The position numbers and the translations under genes were made by a program. Shown piece after piece: positions 8,794 to 19,524 of a stretch of DNA of 64,000 nucleotides. The first letter of the stretch is position 1, and every line of letters begins with the position of its first letter. Under the pieces are notes generated by a model. The model ran no database searches, had not been told where the DNA came from, and saw nothing but the letters and a program-made list of their open reading frames with translations. This stretch comes from an uncultured Nitrospiraceae bacterium (GTDB lineage Bacteria; Nitrospirota; Nitrospiria; Nitrospirales; Nitrospiraceae): contig CAVPLT010000005.1 of NCBI GenBank assembly GCA_963706325.1, positions 192,001-256,000 of the forward strand, in the 5' to 3' direction.

Positions 8794-9816
8794 ATGATCT
8801 GGATATCACAGCTCATCATCGTATGTCTTTCGCTGGTGTCCGCGAGCCATTCACCCGCATGGGCCGATGAAGTGGTTCGGGTCGAGCCGCAGCAAATCGT
8901 GGTCGCGCTGGACGGATCCGGTCAGTACCGCTCTATCCAGGAAGCGGTGGATGCGTCGAAGAAGGGTGACACTATTTTCATCAAGCCCGGCGCCTATGCC
9001 GAGGACGTGACTATCCACAGCAAAGACAAGATTCGTTTAATCGGCGCAGGGATGGATCAGGTCACCCTCCTGGGACGTGAACGGGTCGGTGTGTTCCATG
9101 TCGGTAAGTGGCCCTACGGCGCGACAGATATTGAAATTTCGGGCTTTACGATCAATGAACATGGGGGCCATGCCGTGGGGATGTTCAACGGTCAGGGCAT
9201 CTTGCTGCATCATGTACGCGTGAAGGGTATGTTGTTTACCCAACAGGTGGACAACGTTCGTATCGAGAATTGCATCATCGGCGGAAGCGAGACCACCGGG
9301 GTACAATTTGCGAATTCTCAGGCGGTCCTACGAGACAATTTTATTCATGATAACGATCATGGCGTCAGTGTGGCGGGCAAGTCCAGCGTCCGTCTTGAAC
9401 GAAACGTCGTGACCCGAAGCTTGTTTGAGGCCGTAATCGTCAATGACCAGTCGCGCGCGGTGTTGATAGGGAACACACTGGTGAAAAACGGCGGCGGGGC
9501 AGCATTTTTGGGGACCTCGCAGAATGAAGCCTCCGGCAACATTGTGAGCCTGAACACCTATGGGTTCGTCGTGGGCCCCTCCAGTCGGGTGTCATTTTCC
9601 TACAATGCAATGCAGAACTCCGAATCCAACTATGGACGCCCCGGTCCACCTCGCCAGCCGGCTCCCGAACTGAAGCCCGATTCGGATTTGACGGTGGATC
9701 CACGGTTCGTTGACACCACGCAAGACGATTTCCGGCTCCCTGCCGATACCGCGCTGGTCAAAATCGGTGACTTTCCTTATCTCGGTGCCCTGCCTCCGCT
9801 CACAGCGTCCCACTAG
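8794..9816 (+). CDS. Secreted right-handed parallel beta-helix (pectin-lyase-like) protein
   Basis: Signal peptide; DGSGQYRSIQEAVD..GDTIFIKPGAY; repeated N/G-rich beta-helix turns; DPRFVD...DFRL tail. Confidence 0.85.
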   Translation: MIWISQLIIVCLSLVSASHSPAWADEVVRVEPQQIVVALDGSGQYRSIQEAVDASKKGDTIFIKPGAYAEDVTIHSKDKIRLIGAGMDQVTLLGRERVGVFHVGKWPYGATDIEISGFTINEHGGHAVGMFNGQGILLHHVRVKGMLFTQQVDNVRIENCIIGGSETTGVQFANSQAVLRDNFIHDNDHGVSVAGKSSVRLERNVVTRSLFEAVIVNDQSRAVLIGNTLVKNGGGAAFLGTSQNEASGNIVSLNTYGFVVGPSSRVSFSYNAMQNSESNYGRPGPPRQPAPELKPDSDLTVDPRFVDTTQDDFRLPADTALVKIGDFPYLGALPPLTASH

Positions 9817-9931
9817 CCTTGTCTGAATCGGTGATAAAGCAATAACAAATCGGGTGATTAGCCGGCTCCTCCAGCCGCGCCGCTTCTTGTGCTATGCTTC
9901 ATTGTGCGCAATGCTTGAGGTTCCTCCGGCG

Positions 9932-9946
9932 TGGCTCAAGAATTGC
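9932..9946 (+). promoter_or_regulatory. Sigma54 -24/-12 promoter
   Basis: TGGCTCA-AGAA-TTGC, ending 35 nt before a GGAGGT-preceded ATG at 9981. Confidence 0.6.
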
Positions 9947-9980
9947 TGTACCTTGACCGACAAGAGAGTGGAGGTACCAA

Positions 9981-10166
9981 ATGGCTAGCTTTCGATTCGA
10001 TCTAGAGATGCGAAGCACCGACGGGATACCGAACTTGGCAGAAATGGAATCGGGCAAGCTCTTGGGAGCCGTGTTGCCGATGTCAGAGCAGGCGCAACTT
10101 CAATTGCGTGACAGCATTGAGGTAATCGACTATCTCATGAACCAAGAGGCTGTCGTCTGGAGCTAG
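9981..10166 (+). CDS. Small hypothetical protein (61 aa)
   Basis: Strong RBS (GTGGAGGT) and a sigma54-like promoter upstream; fills an otherwise empty intergenic gap. Confidence 0.6.
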   Translation: MASFRFDLEMRSTDGIPNLAEMESGKLLGAVLPMSEQAQLQLRDSIEVIDYLMNQEAVVWS

Positions 10167-10443
10167 AGGATTTGCTCCTCTGTTGAGACGTGGTGTCATT
10201 TCCCACTCCTCCGATCGTTACGGTATTTCCTTCCATTTTCAGCGCGGCTCCCACTCTTTTTCATCTTGAGTAGCTGTTTTCCTCGCTGACCATTGCTGTA
10301 TCCCAGCCCGGTTCTCTCCAGCCCTGTCATCCTTGAGGGGTTCTCGGAGCATCCTCTTGAATCTCGGTTGAATCTTTTGAGGGCCGGGCGCATGCTGGCG
10401 CCTCTTTGCCAACCTATGGCTTTGCGAGACCAGGAGAGATGGA

Positions 10444-13119
10444 ATGTCGACAGTAACGGGAGGAAAAATTGCACAGGCGCGGTCGGCTGAGCAACAGCGT
10501 CTTGATGAGGACGACCTACGCCGGAAACATTGGAAACGCTGGGGGCCCTACGTCAGTGAACGCGCGTGGGGGACAGTCCGGGAAGATTACAGCCCGTATG
10601 GAACGGCTTGGGAATCGGTGCCGCACGACCATGCCCGCTCGAAAGCCTATCGGTGGAATGAAGACGGCCTTGCCGGAATTTGCGATCGCCATCAGTACGT
10701 GTGTCTCGCGCTGGCGCTCTGGAATGGACGGGATTCTATTCTCAAAGAACGGATGTTCGGCCTGACCGGGAATGAAGGGAATCACGGAGAAGATCCTAAA
10801 GAATACTACTTCTATCTCGACTCGACGCCGACCCATTCCTACATGAAATTTCTGTACAAATATCCTCAGGCAGCATTTCCCTACGAGCGATTGGTTGAAG
10901 AAAACCGCCGCCGGGACCGGACCGATCCCGAATTCGAATTGCTCGATACCGGCATTTTTGATGACAATCGTTATTTTGATGTGTTTGTGGAGTACGCCAA
11001 GGCTGGCCCGGAGGACCTGCTACTCCGGATTCAAGTCATCAACCGCGGCCCAGACCCGGCTGAGTTGACCCTGTTGCCCACCATCTGGTTTAGAAATACC
11101 TGGTCGTGGGGGCTTGATGAGCGTCGGCCACGTATGCGGATGGGCGAGGCAACGGCAGGCATGAGCGTGGTGGAGTTCGATCACGAATATTATGGGCCGC
11201 GTCGGCTTCTCTGCGCGGAAGCGCCGGATCTGCTGTTTACAGAGAATGAAACCAATACACGCCGTCTATACGGCAATGCGGAGGGGGCGCGATATGTAAA
11301 GGATGGTATCAATGACTACGTCGTGCAGGGCGACAAGTCGGCCGTGAATCCCAACCGCATCGGATCTAAGGCTGCGGCGCACTATGTCCTCTCGGCGATG
11401 CCCGGGCAGCCCATGACCATTCGACTACGCTTCACCAACGGAACGGCTGAGGGCGGCCTTGATCCGACAATATTTGATGCCATATTCGCACAGCGGATCA
11501 CGGAGGCCGATGAGTTCTATGCCGATCTGGCGCCGGCTGATGTGTCTGAGGATGCGCGCATGGTGCAGAGACAGGCCTTCGCCGGGTTGCTGTGGAACAA
11601 GCAGTTCTACCATTATGAGGTCGACCGTTGGCTCAAGGGCGATCCCTCGGGGCCGGAGCCACCGCAAGAACGGCTCCAGGGTAGAAACAGCGACTGGACG
11701 CATCTCTATAATGCAGATGTCATTTCCATGCCGGATAAGTGGGAATACCCCTGGTATGCGGCTTGGGATCTCGCCTTTCATTGCCTCCCTATCGCGCTCG
11801 TGGACTCACGGTTCGCCAAAGACCAGCTCGTCCTCATGTTACGTGAATGGTACATGCACCCGAATGGGCAGGTCCCTGCCTATGAATGGGCGTTGGGAGA
11901 TGTCAATCCACCGGTGCACGCGTGGGCCGCGTGGCGTGTCTACAAGATCGAGAAGAAACGCAAAGGTGTCGGGGATCGCGTGTTTCTGGAGCGCGTGTTT
12001 CATAAGCTCCTGTTGAACTTTACCTGGTGGGTGAATCGTAAGGACGCCGCAGGAAAGAATATTTTTCAGGGCGGGTTTCTCGGATTGGACAATATCGGCG
12101 TCTTTGATCGGAGCAAGCCCCTTCCGACAGGCGGACACATCGAGCAATCCGACGCAACCAGTTGGATGGGAATGTATTGCCTGAACATGTTGTCGATTGC
12201 GCTCGAACTGGCGCGGGAAGACCATGCGTATGAGGATGTCGCGAGTAAATTTTTTGAGCATTTTGTTTACATCTGTCGGGCGATGAACAACATCGGCAAC
12301 GAGAAGATTGAACTGTGGAACAAGGAAGACGGGTTCTACTATGACGTGCTCCATATGCCTGATGGAAAGATGTTTCCCATGAGGCTTCGGTCGATGGTGG
12401 GGCTGATTCCGCTGTTTGCTGTGGAAACGTTGGATTCCGAGTTGATCGATCAGCTGCCGCGCTTCAAGCATCGCATGCAATGGTTCATCGAAAATCGACC
12501 CGACTTCAGCTTCCACATCGAAACGCAATCGCAGGACGGAGAGGTGCGTCGGTTTCTGTCGCTCGTCGATCGCCGCCGGCTCACGAAGGTGCTGCGCTAC
12601 ATGTTGGATGAAGCCGAATTTCTCTCGCCCTACGGCGTGCGGGCCCTGTCTCGCTATCACAAAGACCACCCCTACGTGTTCTCATCGATGGGAATAGACT
12701 ATCGCCTGGAGTACCAAGCGGCGGAATCCACGACCGGTCTCTTCGGGGGCAATTCGAACTGGCGGGGCCCCGTGTGGTTCCCGGTGAACTATCTGCTGAT
12801 CGAATCCCTGCAGAAGTTTCACTATTTTCTAGGTGACACGTTTACCGTCGAGTACCCAACGGGATCCGGAAAGAAACTCAACCTGGCCGAAGTGGCGGCC
12901 GAGTTGTCGCGCCGCCTCACGCATACGTTTCTGCGCGGCCCGGATGGCCGGCGTCCGGTTTATGGGGGGACCGAAAAGTTTCAACAGGATCCGCACTGGC
13001 GAGATCTCGTGATGTTCTACGAATATTTCCATGGCGACAACGGGGCTGGTATCGGCGCGGGCCACCAGACCGGCTGGACCGGACTGGTGGCCAAGTTGAT
13101 CCAACAGTCAGGAGAGTAG
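10444..13119 (+). CDS. Glycoside hydrolase family 63-like glucosidase (MGH1-like)
   Basis: [65 protein letters not shown]. Confidence 0.9.
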   Translation: MSTVTGGKIAQARSAEQQRLDEDDLRRKHWKRWGPYVSERAWGTVREDYSPYGTAWESVPHDHARSKAYRWNEDGLAGICDRHQYVCLALALWNGRDSILKERMFGLTGNEGNHGEDPKEYYFYLDSTPTHSYMKFLYKYPQAAFPYERLVEENRRRDRTDPEFELLDTGIFDDNRYFDVFVEYAKAGPEDLLLRIQVINRGPDPAELTLLPTIWFRNTWSWGLDERRPRMRMGEATAGMSVVEFDHEYYGPRRLLCAEAPDLLFTENETNTRRLYGNAEGARYVKDGINDYVVQGDKSAVNPNRIGSKAAAHYVLSAMPGQPMTIRLRFTNGTAEGGLDPTIFDAIFAQRITEADEFYADLAPADVSEDARMVQRQAFAGLLWNKQFYHYEVDRWLKGDPSGPEPPQERLQGRNSDWTHLYNADVISMPDKWEYPWYAAWDLAFHCLPIALVDSRFAKDQLVLMLREWYMHPNGQVPAYEWALGDVNPPVHAWAAWRVYKIEKKRKGVGDRVFLERVFHKLLLNFTWWVNRKDAAGKNIFQGGFLGLDNIGVFDRSKPLPTGGHIEQSDATSWMGMYCLNMLSIALELAREDHAYEDVASKFFEHFVYICRAMNNIGNEKIELWNKEDGFYYDVLHMPDGKMFPMRLRSMVGLIPLFAVETLDSELIDQLPRFKHRMQWFIENRPDFSFHIETQSQDGEVRRFLSLVDRRRLTKVLRYMLDEAEFLSPYGVRALSRYHKDHPYVFSSMGIDYRLEYQAAESTTGLFGGNSNWRGPVWFPVNYLLIESLQKFHYFLGDTFTVEYPTGSGKKLNLAEVAAELSRRLTHTFLRGPDGRRPVYGGTEKFQQDPHWRDLVMFYEYFHGDNGAGIGAGHQTGWTGLVAKLIQQSGE

Positions 13120-13125
13120 TCATTG

Positions 13126-15109
13126 ATGATCGATGCGCTTCGTTGCCAAGACCTTGAACGTGCACTCAGTCTTGAAGGGCTGGAGACGAATGGCCGGGGA
13201 GGATACTGCCTCGGGGACTGTCGCCGGAGCGAATACGCGTCGCTACCATGCCTTGCTGTTAGTGGCCAGACGCCCACCGGTCGATCGCGTGGTGCTGGTG
13301 AATCACCTGGAGGAATGGGTAGATGCCGGCAAGCACTCCTTCCCGCTCTCGACAAATCTGTATCGCGGCGCCGCGCATCCGGAAGGTTATCGGCATTGCG
13401 AAGGGTTTTCTGCGGACCCTTGGCCGACCTGGCGCTATGCGGCCCATGGCATCGCGCTTGAGCGGGAAGTGTTCTGTCCGCATGGTCGCGATATGGTCAT
13501 CATACGGTGGAGGCTGGTGGACCACGGATCTTCCGGCATTGCCCTCCGAGTGAAACCCATGCTTTCGGGCCGGGACTACCATGGAACTCATCGCGAGAAT
13601 ACTACGCTCCATAACCAGGCCTCAGTCGAGAGCGGTCAGGTGACCTGGCGCCCCTACGAGGGCTTGCCGCCGGTGCATGCCTTTCATAACGGGCAGTATC
13701 AACATGGCCCGGATTGGTATCGCGATATTCAGTATCGGATTGAGCTTGAGCGTGGACTTGATCCCATGGAGGATTGGTGGTCACCGGGCGAATGGCTGTT
13801 TTATCTCGTTCCTGGCACGGTGGCCGAGCTTGCATTAACCACCGAGGAGCTTCCGTTTGCTGATGTTAGGCAAATCGTGGCTCAAGAGCGCCACCGTCGC
13901 GAAGTGATGCAAGAAGCCATTCCGACGGACGACCCCTTGACCCGCAAACTCTGGGCAGCGACGGCCGCCTATCTTGTGAAACGAGGCGATCGGCAAACCA
14001 TCATTGCCGGGTATCCTTGGTTTACCGATTGGGGGCGAGACACGTTTATTGCCCTGCCGGGACTCTGCTTAGTGACAGGCCGCTACGACCTGGCTCGGCA
14101 GGTGATTGAGGCGTTCGCCTCGCAAGTGTCCCAGGGCATGGTGTCGAATCGATTTCCGGATGTGGGCGAGCAGCCCGAGTACAACACGGTCGATGCATCA
14201 CTATGGTTCATCCATGCCGTGGGTAGGTATTGTCACTACAGTCGGGACCTCGCCGGGGTACGCCACATAGCCTGGCCGGCGATCAAACAGATTCTGGACG
14301 GCTATCGTCGTGGAACCAGATTCGGAATTCGGATGGATGACGATGGGATGATTGTGAGCGGGGCGGATGGCGCACAGCTCACCTGGATGGATGCCAGGAT
14401 TGGTGACTGGGTGGTCACTCCGCGTCAAGGCAAGCCGGTAGAAATCCAGGCCCTGTGGGTACGGTCGCTGGCGGTGGCGATGGAATTGGCCAAGCAGTTC
14501 GGCGAGCCGGGCTATGCGGCGCAGTGTCTTCGGGATCGTGGGCGTGCCATTGAGTCGTTTCGCGCCCGGTTCTGGTACCGGACCGGGGGATATCTGTTTG
14601 ATGTCGTAGATGGGCAGAACGGAGATGATGCGTCGCTCCGGCCAAACCAAATCTATGCACTCGCCTTCGATGATCAGCTCGTCAGTGCCGCTCAGGCGCG
14701 ACAAGTGTTGCAACAGATGAAAGAGCGACTGCTCACACCAGTCGGATTGCGCACGCTGGCGCCTGAGGATATCCGATTCTGCGCCTCCTATGATGGGAGT
14801 GTCTCAGCGCGAGACGGTGCCTATCATCAAGGGACGGTATGGCCCTTTCTTCTCGGTCCGTTCGTGACGGCGTGGGTGAGAACATATGGCGACAGTTCAC
14901 CGGTACGTGGCGAGGCGCACGCGTTCCTGAAGGGATTGCTCCCTCACCTTGACGAGGCCTGTGTGGGACAGGTCTCGGAGATTTTCGACGGCCAGAGTCC
15001 CCACTATCCGCGTGGCTGTTTTGCCCAGGCCTGGTCGGTGGCGGAACCGTTACGAGCATTAATCGAAGACATTGGCGTGGTTCGCGTGCGTCTGTCCGAT
15101 TCGGAATGA
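13126..15109 (+). CDS. Amylo-alpha-1,6-glucosidase (glycogen debranching enzyme) interrupted by a +1 frameshift near 13206
   Basis: One frame gives ...LETNGRGGY; the next continues ASGTVAGANTRRYHALL, IAGYPWFTDWGRDT, YNTVDA, LTWMDA, YHQGTVW, AQAWSVAE. Confidence 0.88.
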
Positions 15110-15268
15110 GTCATTCTGTTGAAACGTCTCATCCTCGGACAAGCATGTTCCCGTGATTGTTCATGAACTTCGGCCTGCTAGGGTCTTTCTTTCTTCTCGT
15201 GCCACAAAATCTTGACAGTAAGAGAAATGATCCGGTAAGGATAAGAAAGATCGCACAACATATGGCCT

Positions 15269-15757
15269 ATGAAATCTGTTTCCCTCATATTTCTTAGTCT
15301 TCTTGTGACCGGTTGCCAGTTGTTGCAGCCGTCTGCGCAACCGGCCGTGTCCCGACCTTTCTCCGTCATGTCGATGTGGGAACTGTATCGCCACTGTCAG
15401 TCCAGCGGCGATGTCGATACGGTGTTGTCGGCGGCCAAGCAGTTGCAGCAATCTGCTGGCGAGCATGTCGTCCCTGCTCCGGATGTTCCGAAAAGTTTTG
15501 ATCGATTCGTGACGAAACAGCCGGTGCGGACGACCGTTGATCCCAAGGCACTGGCTGCCTCCTGCACTCTACAGGCGGCTCGCACAAGTCTGAGCGCCGG
15601 GCGTGAGGAAGAGGCCGAACAACTTCTGCACGCCGTCGTGTCAAGTTACCCGGAGAGTGAGTACACCTTCTATAGCGCACAAGCGAAGGTGTGGATCGAG
15701 GAGCTGCATAGCCCTGGCACAGTTCATCCTGTGCTACATCCGATTACGAACCACTAA
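15269..15757 (+). CDS. Hypothetical lipoprotein
   Basis: Lipobox LLVTGC after a hydrophobic leader; helical TPR-like C-terminus. Confidence 0.75.
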   Translation: MKSVSLIFLSLLVTGCQLLQPSAQPAVSRPFSVMSMWELYRHCQSSGDVDTVLSAAKQLQQSAGEHVVPAPDVPKSFDRFVTKQPVRTTVDPKALAASCTLQAARTSLSAGREEEAEQLLHAVVSSYPESEYTFYSAQAKVWIEELHSPGTVHPVLHPITNH

Positions 15758-16104
15758 CCCGCTCCTCAGCTGATCGCATTTCCTGCGTTGCGTACCTCTG
15801 TTGCGCCGATTTTTCCATCAGACTCTGCTACGGTCTGGCCGTCGCGAGCAGGCCGATGCGGCGGTGCCGTGCTCGATGCTACGCACTCCGTGTGTTTTAG
15901 CCTGCCTCCCACATCATTATCCGGTTCGGCCCAGTTCACGCTCTATTCGCATCGCATTGCCGCCGTTGACCGAATCCCTTTCGCGTACGCCAGTCTTGAC
16001 AGATCGATTGGGTGACCGTAGGCTCGCGCGTCGACCATGGGGTTGTACGCGTTAAGCGCGTCAAGGTAGAACCTAGTCAGAATAGGATAAGGGAGGGTAG
16101 GGCA

Positions 16105-16644
16105 ATGGGATCGTCTGGTCGAGAGCTTGGATGCATCGGTGTCATCACTGGGGTTTTGTTGATGGTTGGTGGGTGGCCGGCTATGACGCAGGGGGCTGAG
16201 GATTTGCCGAAAGAATCCGTGCTGACGACAACCTTGGCAGGGAAAGCGGTGCAAGCGGCACTTGATCACTGCAAGAAGGATGGCTATCGAGTCAGCGCGT
16301 CGGTCGTGGATCGCGCGGGTCTGTTGCGCGCTATGTTGCGGGCAGATGGCTCCGGGCCGCACACCATCGATAGCAGTCGAAAGAAAGCCTATACCGCTGC
16401 CAGCTTGCGGCGCGCGACGACGGACTTGGCTGAAATGATCGCCAAGCAGCCTGCGTTACAGGCCTTACGTGAAATGAATGACAGTATACTCATGGTCGGT
16501 GGGGGATTGCCGATCGAAATTGCGGGTGAGGTGGTCGGCGCGATCGGAGTCGGTGGCGCACCGGGGACTCATCTCGACGATGCCTGTGCCGAGGCCGGGC
16601 TTGATGCCATCGGCGCGGCCTCGAAGGTGCCCTCCGCCAAGTGA
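16105..16644 (+). CDS. Exported GlcG/HbpS-family (DUF336) heme-binding protein
   Basis: VSASVVDRAG, HTIDSSRKKAYTAAS, GGGLPI, GAIGVGGAPG..DDACA; RBS GGGAGG. Confidence 0.9.
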   Translation: MGSSGRELGCIGVITGVLLMVGGWPAMTQGAEDLPKESVLTTTLAGKAVQAALDHCKKDGYRVSASVVDRAGLLRAMLRADGSGPHTIDSSRKKAYTAASLRRATTDLAEMIAKQPALQALREMNDSILMVGGGLPIEIAGEVVGAIGVGGAPGTHLDDACAEAGLDAIGAASKVPSAK

Positions 16645-17096
16645 TGCCGCTGCGAGGGCCAGGCTGGTGTCTGATCAGTCTGGTCCTCCTGGCCGCGTGC
16701 AACAGCGAACAGCCGGAGCCGGCTGACGTCGAGGTGCCCACTGCCGGGATCCGTGTGAGCCTCACTCGTATCGCCACCCATCCTTTTCTTGCCCGCTATC
16801 GATTAATCCTTGGGGTTGAAGGCCGGGACGGGTGTTCAGGGAAGGCCGAATTATTCCCCGATACGGGCTATGTCGGACGTCGGAACCTCTATCAACAGGC
16901 ATCCGGTGGCATCATCGTGTTGGGTCAGTACGACGCACGGGTGATTGAGCCGAACAGTTGCACCATTCGGTTAGTGGAATTCCAATCGTTAGTAGAGCAG
17001 GCCTCGTTTGTGGGCGCCTTTGACGTCGATGCGCAAAAGCGGTGGCGTTATCTCCCATCCGCGGTGAGGGCGGAACGGCCGTTTGAAAAGCGATAG
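16644..17096 (+). CDS. Hypothetical lipoprotein
   Basis: Lipobox LLAAC; start overlaps the upstream stop (TGATG). Confidence 0.75.
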   Translation: MPLRGPGWCLISLVLLAACNSEQPEPADVEVPTAGIRVSLTRIATHPFLARYRLILGVEGRDGCSGKAELFPDTGYVGRRNLYQQASGGIIVLGQYDARVIEPNSCTIRLVEFQSLVEQASFVGAFDVDAQKRWRYLPSAVRAERPFEKR

Positions 17097-17186
17097 TATG
17101 GCTGAGAGGTATCATGGTTTCTGGATGGAAGAGAAAGAGGAGGGATCGCGTCGAAAGACGAATCATCAGTCTGGTTGCTCAAACGT

Positions 17187-18086
17187 CTATCTCTTCAATC
17201 GATCTTTAAAAGTCAGTTCTGCTACTGCAGATTTGTCCATCTCGCCCTTGCCGAGATCGACCAGCCGTCGGTATTGTTCGTAAGCGGCTGTTGCCAGGGG
17301 CAGATCCAGGCCGACCTGCTGCGCCATTGCCAGAGCGATCCCCGAGTCTTTCGCCGCATGGGCCGCTGAGAAGTAACAGTCATGAGCGCGCAGTTCCATA
17401 TCTTCGCCGTCGGTCTCCAGCACTCGGGAATTGGCGCCGGTCTGGGAGAAGACTTCGCGCAGCATGGTAAGGTCCAAATCCAGCGCCGATCCCAATCCGA
17501 GCCCTTCCGCCAAGGCAGCCGTATTGGCGTTCATCACCATGTTAACCAGAGCCTTGACCTTGGCCGCTTCGCCGGCTGGTCCAATATATCGTAGGTGGGC
17601 ACTCAGGCTTTGGAGCAGTGGTCTCGCCCGCTCGAACACCTCGGGTCTGCCGCCACACATCATATACAACGTTCCCTGGCGGGCTTGGGTGATACTGCTG
17701 GCCATGCAGGCCTCGAGGCACTGTCCGCCTTCGAGCTCCACCGCGGTTTGGATCTCTTTCTGAATATCTGGAGAGAGAGTGGCGCAATTCACAAATAGGC
17801 GGTTTGCGGCTTGGCGTAACAGACTGTCCGGTCCGCCAGTCGAGTAAATTTGGCGCATGGCCCCATCATCCGTCACCACCGTAATCACGGTATCGGCGAG
17901 CCCTGCAAGGCGGGCTGGTGTGCGGGCTGCTTGGCAATGGAGTTCCTTCGCCAAGGCCTCGGCGCGCTGAGGGTCGGCATCATAGACAGCCACGATGGGA
18001 TACTGGAGCTCATGGAGCCTCCTAGCCATATTAGCCCCCATACGCCCCACTCCCACGACTCCGATACGAAAGCCCGATTTTGTCAT
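17187..18086 (-). CDS. NAD(P)-dependent oxidoreductase, 3-hydroxyisobutyrate dehydrogenase family
   Basis: GVVGVGRMGANMA Rossmann motif, KVKALVN catalytic Lys region, HAAKD; RBS AGGAGG. Confidence 0.9.
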   Translation of the reverse strand: MTKSGFRIGVVGVGRMGANMARRLHELQYPIVAVYDADPQRAEALAKELHCQAARTPARLAGLADTVITVVTDDGAMRQIYSTGGPDSLLRQAANRLFVNCATLSPDIQKEIQTAVELEGGQCLEACMASSITQARQGTLYMMCGGRPEVFERARPLLQSLSAHLRYIGPAGEAAKVKALVNMVMNANTAALAEGLGLGSALDLDLTMLREVFSQTGANSRVLETDGEDMELRAHDCYFSAAHAAKDSGIALAMAQQVGLDLPLATAAYEQYRRLVDLGKGEMDKSAVAELTFKDRLKR

Positions 18087-18229
18087 CCGTAACCTCCTGG
18101 GAAATGGTACCCTGTGAGGGGAAAAGCAGTGTAGCACAGTCTTTCGCGAAGGAAGGCATGTGGCGGTCGGAGTAGAGAATGCTGGCTCATAGCAGGCCGG
18201 CTGCCAGATCGACAGGGTGAGAGGGCGTC

Positions 18230-18421
18230 ATGCAGCAAAGCATCATTGGGTATCATCAGGATGAAGAGGGGCACTGGGTGGCCGATTTACGTTGTGGCCA
18301 TGGGCAGCACGTACGACATCAGCCGCCAATGGTCAGTCGGCCCTGGGTATTGACGGAAGAGGGACGACAGGCCTTTCTGGGCACGCAGCTGAATTGTAAG
18401 AAGTGTGAGGAAGAGAGTTAG
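18230..18421 (+). CDS. DUF3565-family small protein
   Basis: IIGYHQDEEGHWVADLRCGHGQHVRHQPP...WV...LNCKKC. Confidence 0.8.
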   Translation: MQQSIIGYHQDEEGHWVADLRCGHGQHVRHQPPMVSRPWVLTEEGRQAFLGTQLNCKKCEEES

Positions 18422-18434
18422 GCGAAAAGAGCAG

Positions 18435-18466
18435 GGTGCCAAGGCTTCGTCCGGAGCCTTGGCGCC
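18435..18466. terminator. Stem-loop between convergent genes
   Basis: GGTGCCAAGGCTTC-GTCC-GGAGCCTTGGCGCC; 14-bp stem with two G-U pairs. Confidence 0.55.
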
Positions 18467-18527
18467 GCCGATGAGGATGATGCAATGGGTCGATTCGGAC
18501 GGACCGCCTGCGGAGCCCAGAAAGTCG

Positions 18528-19349
18528 CTAGGACCAAATCCACTCGAACATTGATGCCAACCATCCCGTCATGTTCGAAAACCAGGACTCGTTCCGCGGC
18601 GCCGGCGGAGTGCTGGTCGTAGGCGACGCTGCAGCAGCGCTCACGGTCCCCGTCTTTGCGAGGATGTTCGACGGGCTCGGCGCAGTAACGGCCGCCGTCG
18701 TCAGCGATGCCGGTGCTGCTGCTGAATTCGCATCGATGGTTGAAGGAGCGTCCAGTTGAGAGGGCGCCGGCGCGGGGTATAAAACGGATGGCGCCCCGCC
18801 CGGCTGCGGCGATTGTGGAGTGATGACGGCAACCATGTGTGGCTCCTGCGGGAGGCCATCCACGTTGGTCACGTGGCCACCTGGCATGGTTGCCAACTCT
18901 CGTTCATGCCGTGCGGTAAGCGCTTCCAACTTCTTTTCGTACTGTTTCGTTTCAGCGATTTCTTTCAACATCGCGTGATGCCGGGCGCGTAGTGCGGCGA
19001 TGGTGTGCTCCAGTGCCGTCAATTTGGCCTGATTGATTTTCCGGATCTGATCGAACGAGCTTTTGATCTTCTGCAATTCGCCCTTCAGATCGCCTAACGT
19101 TCGTTCATCTCGTTGGTTGGCCGCGTGTGTCGCATCCCGTTGCTCTTCGAGGGTCTGCAGTTCAGCCTGAGCTTGCGCGAGTTCATTCGCCCTCGCCTTT
19201 GCCTCATGTCTGGCAATATCGTAGGTCTCTTGTGAGACACAGCCTCCCATCGACAGGATTGTGCTTCCCACCATCCAGCAGAGGGAAACCCAGCGGATGG
19301 TCTGTGGGCTAGCGATGGTGAATCTTCGGCGTGGGGTGATAAATTGCAT
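18528..19349 (-). CDS. Hypothetical lipoprotein, coiled coil plus Pro/Ala-rich tail
   Basis: SMGGCVS lipobox-like; heptad region; low-complexity tail ending in an amphipathic Trp-rich helix. Confidence 0.7.
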   Translation of the reverse strand: MQFITPRRRFTIASPQTIRWVSLCWMVGSTILSMGGCVSQETYDIARHEAKARANELAQAQAELQTLEEQRDATHAANQRDERTLGDLKGELQKIKSSFDQIRKINQAKLTALEHTIAALRARHHAMLKEIAETKQYEKKLEALTARHERELATMPGGHVTNVDGLPQEPHMVAVITPQSPQPGGAPSVLYPAPAPSQLDAPSTIDANSAAAPASLTTAAVTAPSPSNILAKTGTVSAAAASPTTSTPPAPRNESWFSNMTGWLASMFEWIWS

Positions 19350-19524
19350 GGGACATTCCTCACAGGTACGTGCAAGACCAAGAGTTGGATAGGTAGTCCG
19401 CTTGTGCGGAGCTGTGTATTCCAGATTAATTTTTCAGAAAAGTGAGGAAACGGCAAAAGATTTCGGGAAAGTTGCAGGAGGCTGCCGAGAGAAGAGGGAA
19501 GGGATGTACTGCCGTGATGTCGAA

